Assembly (NCBI GenBank): GCA_038231135.1
Contig: JBBRLX010000002.1
Location: 128,001 to 192,000, forward strand
DNA: 64,000 nucleotides
Origin: Candidatus Eiseniibacteriota bacterium
GTDB lineage: Bacteria > Eisenbacteria > RBG-16-71-46
Direction: 5' to 3'
A program made the translations under genes and the position numbers. The notes below the pieces were generated by a model, which saw only the letters and a program-made list of their open reading frames with translations, was not told where the DNA came from and searched no databases. Of this stretch, positions 38,053 through 48,562 are shown one piece after another. Every line of letters begins with the position of its first letter. The stretch's first letter is position 1.

Positions 38053-38399
38053 TCCGAAGTCATCTGCTGCCACGCGCCGGCGCAGTGACGTCCAGGAATT
38101 CGGCCAATTGTGATTCGGCAACGCCTCCGGCGCCACAATCGTGGGAGGCTCCATACGCGCCACACGTGCCATAGCAACGAGGCCAGGGCGACTGCAACCA
38201 GAACGCCCGCAATTAGCAGCACCATGAAGTATGGCGCCGGGAGCTCGCTGAGTCGTTCGAGGCTATTCGTCATGAAGGAGTGCACTGGGACTCTCACAGC
38301 CCGGGGCGAATTGCTCCACTGGATGCTCCAACCGTCCCCGGGGACGGTTGATCGATACGCAGGAGCGGGGTCGAGCGAACCGGAAATACGAACTCGCTG

Positions 38400-39047
38400 C
38401 TAGGGACGAACGGCCTCCTCCGCGAGGCGGCCGGCGGACGGATTCGGATGGATGGTGAAGCCGAACATGAACAGGGCAACCACGACGCTCGCGGAGTGGG
38501 ATGCGAACACCGCGCTCGCCCTCAGCCCGAGCACGATGCCCACGGGCCCGGGATTCGGGATCAGGCGGACTCCCGTGGCCGCGCCGACGGCCATTCCAAA
38601 CACCGTTCGCTCGTCCATGACGGGGCCGAACCCATCCGTCTGAACGCTCGGCGTGATCGCCCCGACACCGACGCCACCTTGAAGGTACGCGGCGGTCCAC
38701 GGTCCACCGCGACTGCGGCCGACTCCCAGCAGCACCGCGGCGTGCGACGCGTTGACGAAACGCGCCTCGGGTATTGCCACATCCACGCCGGGGCCTGCCA
38801 CGTCACCGAACAAGATCCGCTCGCGCCCAGGCCGGTAGCGCCACGCCAGATCGAGCGATGCGATGCCGCCGAATCCGCCACCGGTATACGAGTAGTGGTG
38901 GGCGCTCCCCATACCGATCCCGCCCGTGACCCGCATGGCAAACGGAAACTCCGCCCGCGCCACGCCCGCTGCGCCGCACGCCAGCGCGACGACGCACCCG
39001 AGCAGGATGCAGGCTCGACACACCGCCCTCACCGGGATTTTGAACAC
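38400..39047 (-). CDS. Hypothetical small outer-membrane beta-barrel protein
   Basis: Signal peptide ending ARA; Gly/aromatic-rich amphipathic strands (YLQGGVGVG). Confidence 0.55.
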   Translation of the reverse strand: MFKIPVRAVCRACILLGCVVALACGAAGVARAEFPFAMRVTGGIGMGSAHHYSYTGGGFGGIASLDLAWRYRPGRERILFGDVAGPGVDVAIPEARFVNASHAAVLLGVGRSRGGPWTAAYLQGGVGVGAITPSVQTDGFGPVMDERTVFGMAVGAATGVRLIPNPGPVGIVLGLRASAVFASHSASVVVALFMFGFTIHPNPSAGRLAEEAVRP

Positions 39048-39111
39048 GGAGTCCCCGCGCGCCGCACCCCATTCACGTTCGGTACGGCGTCGCAGGTCCC
39101 CCTCCGTTCGT

Positions 39112-41994
39112 TCAGCGCTGGTCGCTGGTCGCCGTCTTGCCGCGCACGGCGGCCTGCGCCGCGGCGAGCCGGGCGATCGGCACCCGGAACGGCGACGCCG
39201 ACACGTAGTCCAGGTTCGCCGTGTGGCAGAACTCGACGCTGGCGGGATCGCCGCCGTGCTCGCCGCAGATCCCCACCTTGAGCTTCGCGCGCGTCGCGCG
39301 GCCGCGCTCGACCGCCCACGTCATCAACTCGCCCACACCCTCGGTGTCGAGCGACACGAACGGATCCTGCGCCAGGATCCCGCGCGCCACGTACTCGGGC
39401 AGGAACTTGCCCGCGTCATCGCGCGAGAAGCCGTAGGCCATCTGCGTCAGGTCGTTGGTGCCGAACGAGAAGAACTCGGCCTGCTCGGCGATGCGGCCGG
39501 CGGTCACGGCGGCGCGCGGCACCTCGATCATGGTGCCGACCATGTACTCGATCCGGAGCTTTTTCGCGGTCATCACCTCATCCGCGACCCGACGCACCAG
39601 CGCGGCCTGGTCGCTCAACTCGGCGACCGTGCCCACCAGCGGAATCATGATCTCGGGCAGCACCTTGACGCCCTTCGCCGTGGCCTCGCACGCGGCCTCG
39701 AAGATCGCGCGCGCCTGCATCTCGGTGATCTCGGGATACGTGATGCCGAGCCGGCAGCCGCGGTGGCCGAGCATCGGGTTGAACTCGTGCAGTTCCTCCA
39801 CGCGCTGGAGGATGCCGGGCAGGCCCTTGCGGAGCTGGCCGACGGGCAGCCGGTAGTGCTTCGACATCTCGCGCTTCTGCGCGGCGGTCGCGTGCGGCAA
39901 CCGCGCCAGGTCCACCATCAGGTCTTCGCGCTTGGGCAGGAACTCGTGCAGCGGCGGATCGAGCGTGCGGATCGTCACCGGGAAGCCGTCCATCGCCAGG
40001 AACAGGCCGCGGAAGTCGGCGCGCTGCATCGGCAGCAGCTTCGCGAGCGCGCCCCGATAGAGCTTCATCGGCCCGGCCAACTCCCGGCGCAACGCCGCGA
40101 GCTCCGGCTTGAGGCGCTTCGCCTCGGCCGGCGTGGCGCCGTCGAGCGCCTTCCCGCGCTCCGCCAGCTTCGCCTCGAGCGCCTTCACCTCGGGCGCGGC
40201 CATGATCATCTGCACCACGAACGGCAGCCGCTTCTCGTCGAAGAACATGTGCTCGGTGCGGCACAGCCCGATGCCCTCGGCGCCGAACTCGCGCGCCTTG
40301 ATCGCGTCGCGCGGCACGTCGGAGTTCGACCGCACCTTGAGCCTGCGGAACTTGTCGGCCATCGTCATGAACTCGCCGAACTCGCCGCTCACGACGGCGT
40401 CGATGGTCGGAACCTGCCCCAGCATCACGCGGCCCGTGGAGCCGTCGAGCGTCACCCACTCGCCCTCGCGGATCACGCGCCCGCTGATCGTCATGGTGCG
40501 GGCCTTGTCGTCCACGCGAATCGTGGCCGCGCCCGACACGCACGGCTTGCCCATGCCGCGGGCGACGACGGCCGCGTGGCTCGTCATGCCGCCGGTGGCG
40601 GTGAGGATGCCCTGCGCCGCGTCCATGCCGTGGATGTCGTCGGGCGTGGTCTCCTTGCGCACCAGGATCACCTTGTCCTTGTTCTTCCCGCGCTCGGCCG
40701 CGGTGTCGGCATCGAACACCACCTGGCCGACCGCGGCGCCGGGAGACGCCGCGAGCCCGGTCGCGATCACCGTGGTCTTCGCCTTCGGGTCGAGACGCGG
40801 ATGCAGCAGCTGATCGAGCGACGCCGGCTCCACGCGCATCACCGCCTCCTCGGGCGTGATCAGCTTCTCCTTCACCATGTCGACCGCGATCTTGACCGCG
40901 GCCTGTGCGGTGCGCTTGCCGTTGCGCGTCTGGAGCAGGAACAGCCTGCCGTCCTGGATCGTGAACTCGAAGTCCTGCACGTCGCGGTAGTGGCGCTCGA
41001 GCCGGGACGTGATCTCGCGCAGCTGGCGGAAGACGTCCGGCATGTCCTGCTGGAGCTTGTCGATCGGCTCCGGCGTGCGCACGCCCGCCACCACGTCCTC
41101 GCCCTGGGCGTTGATGAGGTATTCGCCGTAGAACTGCTTCTCGCCGGTGGACGGATTGCGCGTGAATCCCACGCCGGTGCCCGACGTGTCGCCGAGATTG
41201 CCGAACACCATCGCCTGCACGTTGACCGCGGTGCCGATGTCGTCGGGAATGTGGTTCTGGCGGCGGTAGTACACCGCGCGATCGTTGTTCCAGGACCGGA
41301 ACACCGCGTCGCGCGCGAGTGCCAGCTGCTCCTGCGGATCCTGGGGGAAGTCCTGGGACGCGCGCTGGCGCACCACCGTCTTGTACCGGCGCACCAGCTC
41401 CTGCAGATCCTGGGCGGTGAGATCGGTGTCGAGCTTCGCCTTGCGCTGGCGCTTGAGCGCGTCGATCAGGTCCTCGAACTCGTGCTTCTCGAACTCGAGC
41501 ACCACCGACGAGAACATCTGGATGAAGCGCCGGTAGCAGTCCCACGCGAACCGCGGATTCCCGGTGCGACGCGCGAGGCCCTCGACGGAGCCGTCGTTCA
41601 GGCCCAGATTGAGGACGGTGTCCATCATTCCCGGCATCGAGAACTTGGCGCCGGAGCGCACCGACACCAGCAGGGGATCCTCGGCGTCCCCGAGCCGTTT
41701 GCCCATGATGCGCTCGAGCCGCGACAGCGCGTCGAACTGTTGCGACTTGAAGTCGGCGGGCAGCGTGCGCCCGTGGGCGTAGTACCAGCGGCACACTTCG
41801 GTCGTGATCGTGAATCCCGGCGGCACCGGGACGCCGGCGTTCGTCATCTCGGCGAGCCCCGCGCCCTTGCCGCCCAGCAGATCCTTCATGCCGGTGTTGC
41901 CCTCGGCGCGGCCATCGTCGCCGAAGAAGTACGTCCACCGCGTGGCCGGCGGCGCCGCGGCGCGGTCGGATTCCAACGAACGGGTCTGGGTCAC
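39112..41994 (-). CDS. ppdK: Pyruvate, phosphate dikinase
   Basis: LLGGKGA.LAEM, SVRSGA..SMPGMMDT, GGMTSHAAVVARG, GIGLCRTEHMF, SFGTNDLTQ, GICGEHGG. Confidence 0.99.
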   Translation of the reverse strand: MTQTRSLESDRAAAPPATRWTYFFGDDGRAEGNTGMKDLLGGKGAGLAEMTNAGVPVPPGFTITTEVCRWYYAHGRTLPADFKSQQFDALSRLERIMGKRLGDAEDPLLVSVRSGAKFSMPGMMDTVLNLGLNDGSVEGLARRTGNPRFAWDCYRRFIQMFSSVVLEFEKHEFEDLIDALKRQRKAKLDTDLTAQDLQELVRRYKTVVRQRASQDFPQDPQEQLALARDAVFRSWNNDRAVYYRRQNHIPDDIGTAVNVQAMVFGNLGDTSGTGVGFTRNPSTGEKQFYGEYLINAQGEDVVAGVRTPEPIDKLQQDMPDVFRQLREITSRLERHYRDVQDFEFTIQDGRLFLLQTRNGKRTAQAAVKIAVDMVKEKLITPEEAVMRVEPASLDQLLHPRLDPKAKTTVIATGLAASPGAAVGQVVFDADTAAERGKNKDKVILVRKETTPDDIHGMDAAQGILTATGGMTSHAAVVARGMGKPCVSGAATIRVDDKARTMTISGRVIREGEWVTLDGSTGRVMLGQVPTIDAVVSGEFGEFMTMADKFRRLKVRSNSDVPRDAIKAREFGAEGIGLCRTEHMFFDEKRLPFVVQMIMAAPEVKALEAKLAERGKALDGATPAEAKRLKPELAALRRELAGPMKLYRGALAKLLPMQRADFRGLFLAMDGFPVTIRTLDPPLHEFLPKREDLMVDLARLPHATAAQKREMSKHYRLPVGQLRKGLPGILQRVEELHEFNPMLGHRGCRLGITYPEITEMQARAIFEAACEATAKGVKVLPEIMIPLVGTVAELSDQAALVRRVADEVMTAKKLRIEYMVGTMIEVPRAAVTAGRIAEQAEFFSFGTNDLTQMAYGFSRDDAGKFLPEYVARGILAQDPFVSLDTEGVGELMTWAVERGRATRAKLKVGICGEHGGDPASVEFCHTANLDYVSASPFRVPIARLAAAQAAVRGKTATSDQR

Positions 41995-42037
41995 GAAATC
42001 GACTCCTCGAAGCAGGGGAAAGACTCCCGCGGGATCT

Positions 42038-44155
42038 TCATTGTCCGGCGGGTCTCTGAAACATGGTTTCCGCGACGCCGCTGTTGAACCGAACGGTCTT
42101 CACCTCGAGATCCATCACCGTCTCGCCGTTCAACTGCCGCACCTCGTGATAGGGCCATAGAATGCCACCAACCGTCTGGAAATCCGAGAATTTGCGCCGC
42201 GCCAGCAGGCCCTGGCCGTTGCCGCCCTGATCGAAGGCGATCAGCCGGAACGTCACCGGGTGCACGTAGAGCGTGCGCGATGCACGGCCCGGCGTCTCGA
42301 CCATCAGCACGCGGGCGTCGATCGAATCGATCTTCCCGCGGCCGCGTTCCCACACCACCGACCTCGGATCGGCCGCCGCCAGCAGCAGATGGTGGAGATC
42401 CGACGAGAACCCCGACTTGAGCGCCTCAACGTTGGGACCGGCCATGAACCTGGCCACGGTGTCGGCGCCGGTCAGCTGCCAGCCCTCGTTGCCGGCGAGC
42501 GTCTGGCGGGTGGCGACACCGCCGAGCTCGGTCACGAACACCATGCGATCGGGCTCGCGGCGGAGCTGCACGAAGTTGCCCTCGAGCTGCTGGCTCCCGA
42601 TGTTCATGGAGACGATGGACTCGACATGCGAATCGCGGATGGCGCGCAGCTTCGCGAGCCCGCCGTGGGCGGCGACCATGCGCAGCGCGAGCGCCCGTCC
42701 CCGGGTGCGCTGGGCCAGGGTCGGCTTCGCCAGCGGGGCCGGCGCGGGCGGGGCCGGCGGCGTGGCGGAGGAGTCGGGATTCACGGCGCGGATCACTTCG
42801 ACGGCGCCCATGGATTCGAGCTGGGGACGCAGCTCCGCCGCCGGCCCCACCACCACGACCGTGGCGTGCGACGGATCGAGCCAGCGCCCCGCGGCCGTGG
42901 CCAGCGACGCCGGCGTGACCGCGGCGATCCGGGAGTCGAAGCGGTCGAAGTAGTCCGAGCCGCCGCCGCTGAAGTCGGCGGACAGCCAGCTCGAGGTCCA
43001 CGACGCCAGCGTCTCGAGCGACAACGGGAACGCGTTCCGCAGCATGTGCTGCGCCCCCGTGAGCTCGTTCGCCGGCACCGGTGTCGCGAGCCGGCGCAGG
43101 CCGTCGAACAACCCGCGCACCGCGGCGCCCGTGGAATCGGACGGCGCGTTCAGCGCGATCGTGAACAGCCCCGCTCCCGCGAGCGGCACGTAACTGGCGC
43201 GCGCGTCGCGGCCGAACACGCCGGCGCCGGGCCCGGCGTCGTACAGCGCCCGCGCCGCGAGCAGCGCGGGCTCGTCGGCGGCGTTGCGGGCGGGCGCCGC
43301 GAACCCGATGCGGACCTCGGCGCGCGTGCCGGGCCGGTCCATGATGCGAATTCGCGGCGGCGTTCCCGCGCCGGGGGCGGGCGGCACCGCCGGCAGGTCG
43401 CCATGGCCGCTCCACTGCCCGAACACCTCCTCGGCAACCGCGAACGCGCGCTCGGGCGTGATGTCGCCGGCGATCGCGAGCACCGCGTGATCCGGGCGAT
43501 AGCGGTCGCTCCAGAACGACCGGATGCGATCGACGTCGAGCCCGGCGATCTCGCCCCACGCGCCCTGCGGGGCGCGGGCATAGGGATGCGTCCCGAACGT
43601 CGCGCGCCATAGCTGGTCGTCCGCGAGCTGCGACGGGGCCTGCTGCTGCTGGGCGAGCTGGCGGAGCGCCTGCGTCTTCACCCGCTGCAGCTGGTCCTTG
43701 TCGAACAACGGATACAGCACCGCGTCCCCGAGCAGCTGCATGCCCAGCTCGAAGTCACGCGACAGGAACACGCCGTTCTCGGTGATGTAGTCACGCCCGA
43801 CGTTCGAGGTGAGGCTGCCGCCCGTGGCATCGACGTCGGCGGAGAACGTGACTGGATCGCGCGACGTGGTGCCGGACCGCAGCAGCTCGGCGGTGACGTA
43901 GGCGACGCCCTCGGCGCCCGCCGGTTCGGCGGTGAGGCCGGCCGGCACCAGCAGCTGGAGCTGCACCATCTCGAGGCGCGGGCTCGGGAACACCGCCACC
44001 CGCAGCCCGTTGCCGAGCGTGCGCTGGACCGGGGCCGGCAGCACGGGCGGGGCCGCCACCGCCGCGAACCCCGGAGCGGCCGCGCAGGCAAGCGCCACGA
44101 ACAGTACCGCGAACGCGCCCGCAACCCCGGGCGCCATGAATCGTGTCGTCGTCAT
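42038..44155 (-). CDS. M16 (insulinase) family non-catalytic subunit fused to a C-terminal LolA-like domain
   Basis: LGNGLRV, GVAYVTAELLRSGT (no HxxEH), HPY, Y.PD.A.L.IAGD; C-terminal AHGG..L...FSDF.TVGG..WP. Confidence 0.8.
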   Translation of the reverse strand: MTTTRFMAPGVAGAFAVLFVALACAAAPGFAAVAAPPVLPAPVQRTLGNGLRVAVFPSPRLEMVQLQLLVPAGLTAEPAGAEGVAYVTAELLRSGTTSRDPVTFSADVDATGGSLTSNVGRDYITENGVFLSRDFELGMQLLGDAVLYPLFDKDQLQRVKTQALRQLAQQQQAPSQLADDQLWRATFGTHPYARAPQGAWGEIAGLDVDRIRSFWSDRYRPDHAVLAIAGDITPERAFAVAEEVFGQWSGHGDLPAVPPAPGAGTPPRIRIMDRPGTRAEVRIGFAAPARNAADEPALLAARALYDAGPGAGVFGRDARASYVPLAGAGLFTIALNAPSDSTGAAVRGLFDGLRRLATPVPANELTGAQHMLRNAFPLSLETLASWTSSWLSADFSGGGSDYFDRFDSRIAAVTPASLATAAGRWLDPSHATVVVVGPAAELRPQLESMGAVEVIRAVNPDSSATPPAPPAPAPLAKPTLAQRTRGRALALRMVAAHGGLAKLRAIRDSHVESIVSMNIGSQQLEGNFVQLRREPDRMVFVTELGGVATRQTLAGNEGWQLTGADTVARFMAGPNVEALKSGFSSDLHHLLLAAADPRSVVWERGRGKIDSIDARVLMVETPGRASRTLYVHPVTFRLIAFDQGGNGQGLLARRKFSDFQTVGGILWPYHEVRQLNGETVMDLEVKTVRFNSGVAETMFQRPAGQ

Positions 44156-45486
44156 CGTGCATCCCCTCCCGTCGCGCTCGAGGGCCGTGCGCTCCCGGCC
44201 GGCAGCATCCACACCACACAGCGTGCCTGGCTCGTGAGCACGTGCGACGCGGCCGCCTGCAGATCCGCGACGGTCAGGTTGCGAATCGCATCCTGCCGGC
44301 GGCGGGCGGCCTGCGCGTCGTGATCGATGAGCAGCGACGTGCCGAGCGCCCGCGCCTGCCCGCGCACGGTCTGCTGCTCGGTGAGCCAGTCGAGCTCCCA
44401 TTCCTTCTTCACGCGGTCCAGCTCGTCGGACGTCACGGGATCGCTCGCGAGCAGTTCCACGGCGCGGGCGAGGCTCGCCTCGGCCACCACCGAATCCGAC
44501 TTCGTCCGCACCAGCGCCAGGGCGTAGAACAGCGACCCGTCCTCGCGGGGGTCGAAGCCGGCGCGCGCCTGGGAGAACACCGGGTTCGACGACAGGTCGC
44601 GCGACAGCCGGCCCTGGTTGCCGGAGCCCAGCACCCGCGCCAGCAGCTCGAGCGACGCGTTGCCGGGATCCGCGGCGGCGGGCGCGCGCCAGCCCATCAG
44701 CACCATCGGCGAACGCAGTGCCGCGCGATCGGTGGCGCGTCTGCCGGCCGGCGGCGGCGGCGCCGGCGGGGCGGGCGGCGTGCCGCGCTTGGGCAGGCCT
44801 TCGAACCGGGTGCGGATCGCCGCCAGCGTGGACTTGGGATCGAACCGTCCCACGACGGTGAGCACGGCGTTGCCGGGCGCGTAGCGATCGCGCGCGTACG
44901 CCTGCGCGTCACCGAGAGTGATGCGCGTCAGGTCGTCCTCGGAGCCGATCACCGGACGCCCGTAGCCGTTCCCGGGGAATGCCAGCGCATACAGCCGCTC
45001 GAGCGCGCGCCCCAGCGGATTGGTGCCGAGGGACACGCGCCGCTCGCGGATCACGAACGAGCGTTCGGCCTCGAGATCGGCGGCGGTGAAGTGCAGCCCG
45101 GCGAGCCGCTCGGCATCGAGTTGCAGCGCGAGATCGATCGCCGCGGGTGGCACGGTGGCGTAAAGGCTCGTGAAATCGGGCGTCGTGTAGGTGTTCGCGA
45201 CGCCGCCTTCGGCCTGGATCCTGCGGCGATAGTCGCCGGCACGAGTATCGCCGGCGCGGAACAGCAGCCGCTCGATCACGTGCGTGATGCCGGAGCGGCC
45301 GGGCGGTTCCACGCGGGAACCGGTGTCGAACCATAGCGCCACGTCGGCGGCACGCGCGTCGGAATCGGGCGCCAGCACCACTCTGAGGCCGTTGCGCAGC
45401 GTGCTCGTCTCCACCGCGGGCGCAGCGGCGAGTACCGCCGTGGCGCCGGCGATCAGGAACATCGATGTGAATATCAGCCGCTTCAT
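44152..45486 (-). CDS. M16 family peptidase-like subunit with degenerate zinc motif (HxxER)
   Basis: LRNGLRV, GSR.E..GRSGITHVIERLLF, NTYTT.D.T, YAPGNAVLTVVG. Confidence 0.85.
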   Translation of the reverse strand: MKRLIFTSMFLIAGATAVLAAAPAVETSTLRNGLRVVLAPDSDARAADVALWFDTGSRVEPPGRSGITHVIERLLFRAGDTRAGDYRRRIQAEGGVANTYTTPDFTSLYATVPPAAIDLALQLDAERLAGLHFTAADLEAERSFVIRERRVSLGTNPLGRALERLYALAFPGNGYGRPVIGSEDDLTRITLGDAQAYARDRYAPGNAVLTVVGRFDPKSTLAAIRTRFEGLPKRGTPPAPPAPPPPAGRRATDRAALRSPMVLMGWRAPAAADPGNASLELLARVLGSGNQGRLSRDLSSNPVFSQARAGFDPREDGSLFYALALVRTKSDSVVAEASLARAVELLASDPVTSDELDRVKKEWELDWLTEQQTVRGQARALGTSLLIDHDAQAARRRQDAIRNLTVADLQAAASHVLTSQARCVVWMLPAGSARPSSATGGDAR

Positions 45487-45579
45487 CCTCGGTCCTTTCC
45501 AGACAACGTGCCGTGGGCGCAGTTTTGAGCATGGCCACCGGCGATTTCGCAGGCGAGGGGCCCGCATCCATACAGCGTG

Positions 45580-47406
45580 CTACCGCAGAAACACCACGCG
45601 TGCCGCGGCGACATCGCCGCCCGCGGCAATCGCGATCCAGTACAGGCCGGGCGCCAGAGCCCGGCCGCCATCCGAGTGGCCATCCCAGTCCACGGTCTGC
45701 GGCGGTCCGGGAACCAGCGTGTCCGACCATAGGGTCGTGATCGCCCGGCCCGTCGTGTCCAGCACCCGCACGCGCGCGTGGACCGCACCGCCCGAGCGGA
45801 GCAGGAACGTCGCCTGCGTGCGGTCGCCCAGGCGCAACGGGCGCGCGCCGCTGAGGCCGATCGCCACCCGGCCGTGCCCCGCCAGACGCAGCGGCGCCGG
45901 CAGCCCGGCCGCCAGCCGTCCATTCGGGATGCCGTAGCCGATGTCGTTGTCGGGCGTCGCGGCGCGCGATGCGGTGGCGCGCAGCGCGCGGATCACGTCG
46001 CGCGGCGTCCACGCCGGCCGCGCCTGCAGCAGGCACGCGGCGAGTCCGGCGACGAGCGGCGCCGCGAGCGAGGTGCCGCTGTTGGAGGAATAGTCGAGCG
46101 GATCGCCGCTGGTTCCCACCACCGGCACCGAAACCCCCGGCGCCGACAGGTCGGGTTTGATCCGGCCGTCGAACGTCGGCCCGTGCGACGAGAACCCGGC
46201 CGGCGTCCCGTCCGCGCGCACCGCACCCACCGCGATCAGGCTGTCCCCGTCGGCGTCGGCCGGCGCGAGCACGTGGAGCCATTGCGTCTGGCCTTCGTTG
46301 CCGGCGGCGTTCACGACCAGGATGCCCTTGGCGGCGGCGATCTCGGCCGCGCGGGTGATCTCCGTGGTGTGGCCGTCGAGGTCGGAGTAGCTGTAGCTCG
46401 TGTTCGTCGAGTCGTCGACGAACGTCGAGTAGCCGAGCGACGACGAGATCACGTCGGCGCCGAGGCTGTCCGCCCATTCCGCGGCCACCGACCAGTTCAG
46501 CATCTCGACGGGTTTCTCGATCGAGTCCACCTCGGTGCGCGCGAGCGCGTAGTCGGCGCCCGGCGCGGCCCCCACGTAGCGGCCCGGCAGGTTGGCCGCG
46601 AGGCAGCCCATCACGATCGTGCCGTGCCGCTCGCCGAATCGCGTGGGGCCGGTGACGATCGTGTCGCCGTCGACGAAATCGCGCAGGTGGCCGGGCGCAT
46701 ACGACCGGCCGGCCAGCGCCTCGTCGATGTCGAAGTCGGTGAAGCCGTCGTCGAGGATCGCGATCAGCACGCCCTGGCCTGTGTAGCTGCTGTCGTGCAG
46801 CGCGGGCACCGCGATCTGCTGGAGCACGCCCTCGAGCAGGCCGTGATCGAGCGCCGTGGCGCCCGCGGACGACGCGGGCGTGGTGCGCGGGCCCCCGAAC
46901 GGCGCGCCGGAACCTGCGGCGTCCGCCGGCAGCCGGGAGCCGGCGTCCATGGAGGACGACTGCCCCCCAAACGTGACGCGCGCGCGCTCGACCGGGCTCA
47001 CGCGCAGGACGAACGGCTGGCGCGCCAGTTCGAGGAGTCCCGCGGCGGGCACGCGGACGGCCGCACGATTCATCCACCGCGACACCGCCCGCGGCTCGAG
47101 CCCCAGGGCCCGCAGCGCCTTCAGATAGCCGGCCGCGACCGGCACGTCGAGCTCGTCGACCAGCGGCGTCACGTGCGCACGCAGGCGGCGCGCCCGCGAC
47201 CGGGGCGTGAGCGCCGTGGCCGCGGCCGCGAGCGCCTGCGGCCGCCCGGCCATGGTGAAGCCCTTGTCCGGGAACGTCACCCACACGCTCACCCGTTCCG
47301 GTCCTGCCGCCGCGGCGCGCACCGCGAGCCGCGGGTCCAGCGTGCCCGCCGCGGCCGGGAGCGCGGCCAGCAGCAGCGCCCCGGTCAGTATCGCGCGCCG
47401 CATCAC
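45580..47406 (-). CDS. S8 subtilisin-like serine protease with C-terminal FlgD-Ig/CTD
   Basis: ILDDGF (Asp), HGT (His), AAGNEG, SGTSLAAP (Ser); C-terminal WDG.SDGG.ALAPGLYW. Confidence 0.93.
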   Translation of the reverse strand: MMRRAILTGALLLAALPAAAGTLDPRLAVRAAAAGPERVSVWVTFPDKGFTMAGRPQALAAAATALTPRSRARRLRAHVTPLVDELDVPVAAGYLKALRALGLEPRAVSRWMNRAAVRVPAAGLLELARQPFVLRVSPVERARVTFGGQSSSMDAGSRLPADAAGSGAPFGGPRTTPASSAGATALDHGLLEGVLQQIAVPALHDSSYTGQGVLIAILDDGFTDFDIDEALAGRSYAPGHLRDFVDGDTIVTGPTRFGERHGTIVMGCLAANLPGRYVGAAPGADYALARTEVDSIEKPVEMLNWSVAAEWADSLGADVISSSLGYSTFVDDSTNTSYSYSDLDGHTTEITRAAEIAAAKGILVVNAAGNEGQTQWLHVLAPADADGDSLIAVGAVRADGTPAGFSSHGPTFDGRIKPDLSAPGVSVPVVGTSGDPLDYSSNSGTSLAAPLVAGLAACLLQARPAWTPRDVIRALRATASRAATPDNDIGYGIPNGRLAAGLPAPLRLAGHGRVAIGLSGARPLRLGDRTQATFLLRSGGAVHARVRVLDTTGRAITTLWSDTLVPGPPQTVDWDGHSDGGRALAPGLYWIAIAAGGDVAAARVVFLR

Positions 47407-48515
47407 GGCCGGGTTCCCGCCGGCGTGCCCGTCGCCTGCGGAACACCGGGCGCCGGCGCCGGTTCGGGCGCTCCCGCCATGCGGCCGTGGTCGCCGGGCG
47501 CGCCGTCGCCGCCGGCTTCGCCGATGCGGGCTTCCACGCGTCCCACCACGGTGCCCGCGTAGTTGGTGACGACCGGACGCCCGTCCGCCGCCAGCTCGTC
47601 ACGCTCCGCCGGCTCCAGCAGACCGAGCCGTTCGAGCCAGGCGATCGTGGCGGGGCCGGTGCCGCGGGCGTTGCCGTCCTCGCACTTCACCGCCACCCCG
47701 AGTCCGCGCGACGGAATCGCCAGGCACTCGAGGCCCTCGGCGCCGCCCTTCGCCACGACGCGCCCGTGCGTCGCCTGGGTGATGCGCGTGCCGAGCCGGC
47801 CCTCGCCGCCCACCATGAGCGGATGCGCCGCCATCGCGTCGCGGATGCGGGCCAGCGCGCGCGCGCGGTCGTCACCGTCCGCGCGCGCCACGGCCAGCCG
47901 GGCGTACGCGCGGGCCATCGCGGCGAGCGGCAGTCCGAACACGCTCACCCCGCACCCATCCACCCCGACGAGCAGCGAGGCCGGATCGAGGCCGCACACC
48001 TCCGCCACCGTGCGGCGCATGAGCTGCTGGAGCGAGTGTTCGGGTTGTTCGTAGCCGTGCAGCGGCCAGCCTTCGGATTTCGCGAGGCACAGCATGCCCG
48101 CGTGCTTGCCGGAGCAGTTGTTCCACACCGGGGTGCGCAGCTCGGGCCGCTCCGCCAGCAGCGCGCGCGACGTAAGGTCGAGCGGCTCGTGGTAGGCGCA
48201 CGCCAGGTCCTGCTCGGTGCACCCGATGCGCTGCAGGATGCCGCGCACGAGCGCAATGTGCGCGGCGCTGCCGGTGTGGGACGCCGTCATCACCGCGAGT
48301 TGCTCGTCCGACCAGCCCCAGCGCTTCGCGTGGCCGCGCTCGACCAGCGGCAGCAGCTGGAACGGTTTCGCCGCCGACCGGAACGTGGTGACGAGTCCGG
48401 CCTCGGGGGTGGCCAGGACCAGGGAGCCATCCGGCGCGCACGCCACCGCCTGGACGCGATGCCGGGACTCGGGGGTCGCGCCCCGCCACACCACGACTTC
48501 CACGAGAACACGCAT
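47403..48515 (-). CDS. L-asparaginase II (Rhizobium-type, class 3) family
   Basis: ES.H, RSAAKPFQ, ASH.G, NNCSGKHAGM, DGCG, KGGAEG. Confidence 0.9.
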   Translation of the reverse strand: MRVLVEVVVWRGATPESRHRVQAVACAPDGSLVLATPEAGLVTTFRSAAKPFQLLPLVERGHAKRWGWSDEQLAVMTASHTGSAAHIALVRGILQRIGCTEQDLACAYHEPLDLTSRALLAERPELRTPVWNNCSGKHAGMLCLAKSEGWPLHGYEQPEHSLQQLMRRTVAEVCGLDPASLLVGVDGCGVSVFGLPLAAMARAYARLAVARADGDDRARALARIRDAMAAHPLMVGGEGRLGTRITQATHGRVVAKGGAEGLECLAIPSRGLGVAVKCEDGNARGTGPATIAWLERLGLLEPAERDELAADGRPVVTNYAGTVVGRVEARIGEAGGDGAPGDHGRMAGAPEPAPAPGVPQATGTPAGTRP

Positions 48516-48562
48516 GCGAGGTGCGCGAAGCGACGGGCCCGCCACGGTGAGCGGGGCCGTCG

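Noticed and set aside
38004..38273. Small ORF with one hydrophobic helix and a basic tail
   Set aside because: No clear RBS or family motif, and it overlaps the convergent gene; cannot be supported from sequence alone
38926..42087. 1053-aa plus-strand ORF
   Set aside because: Antisense shadow of ppdK, typical of high-GC DNA; no motifs
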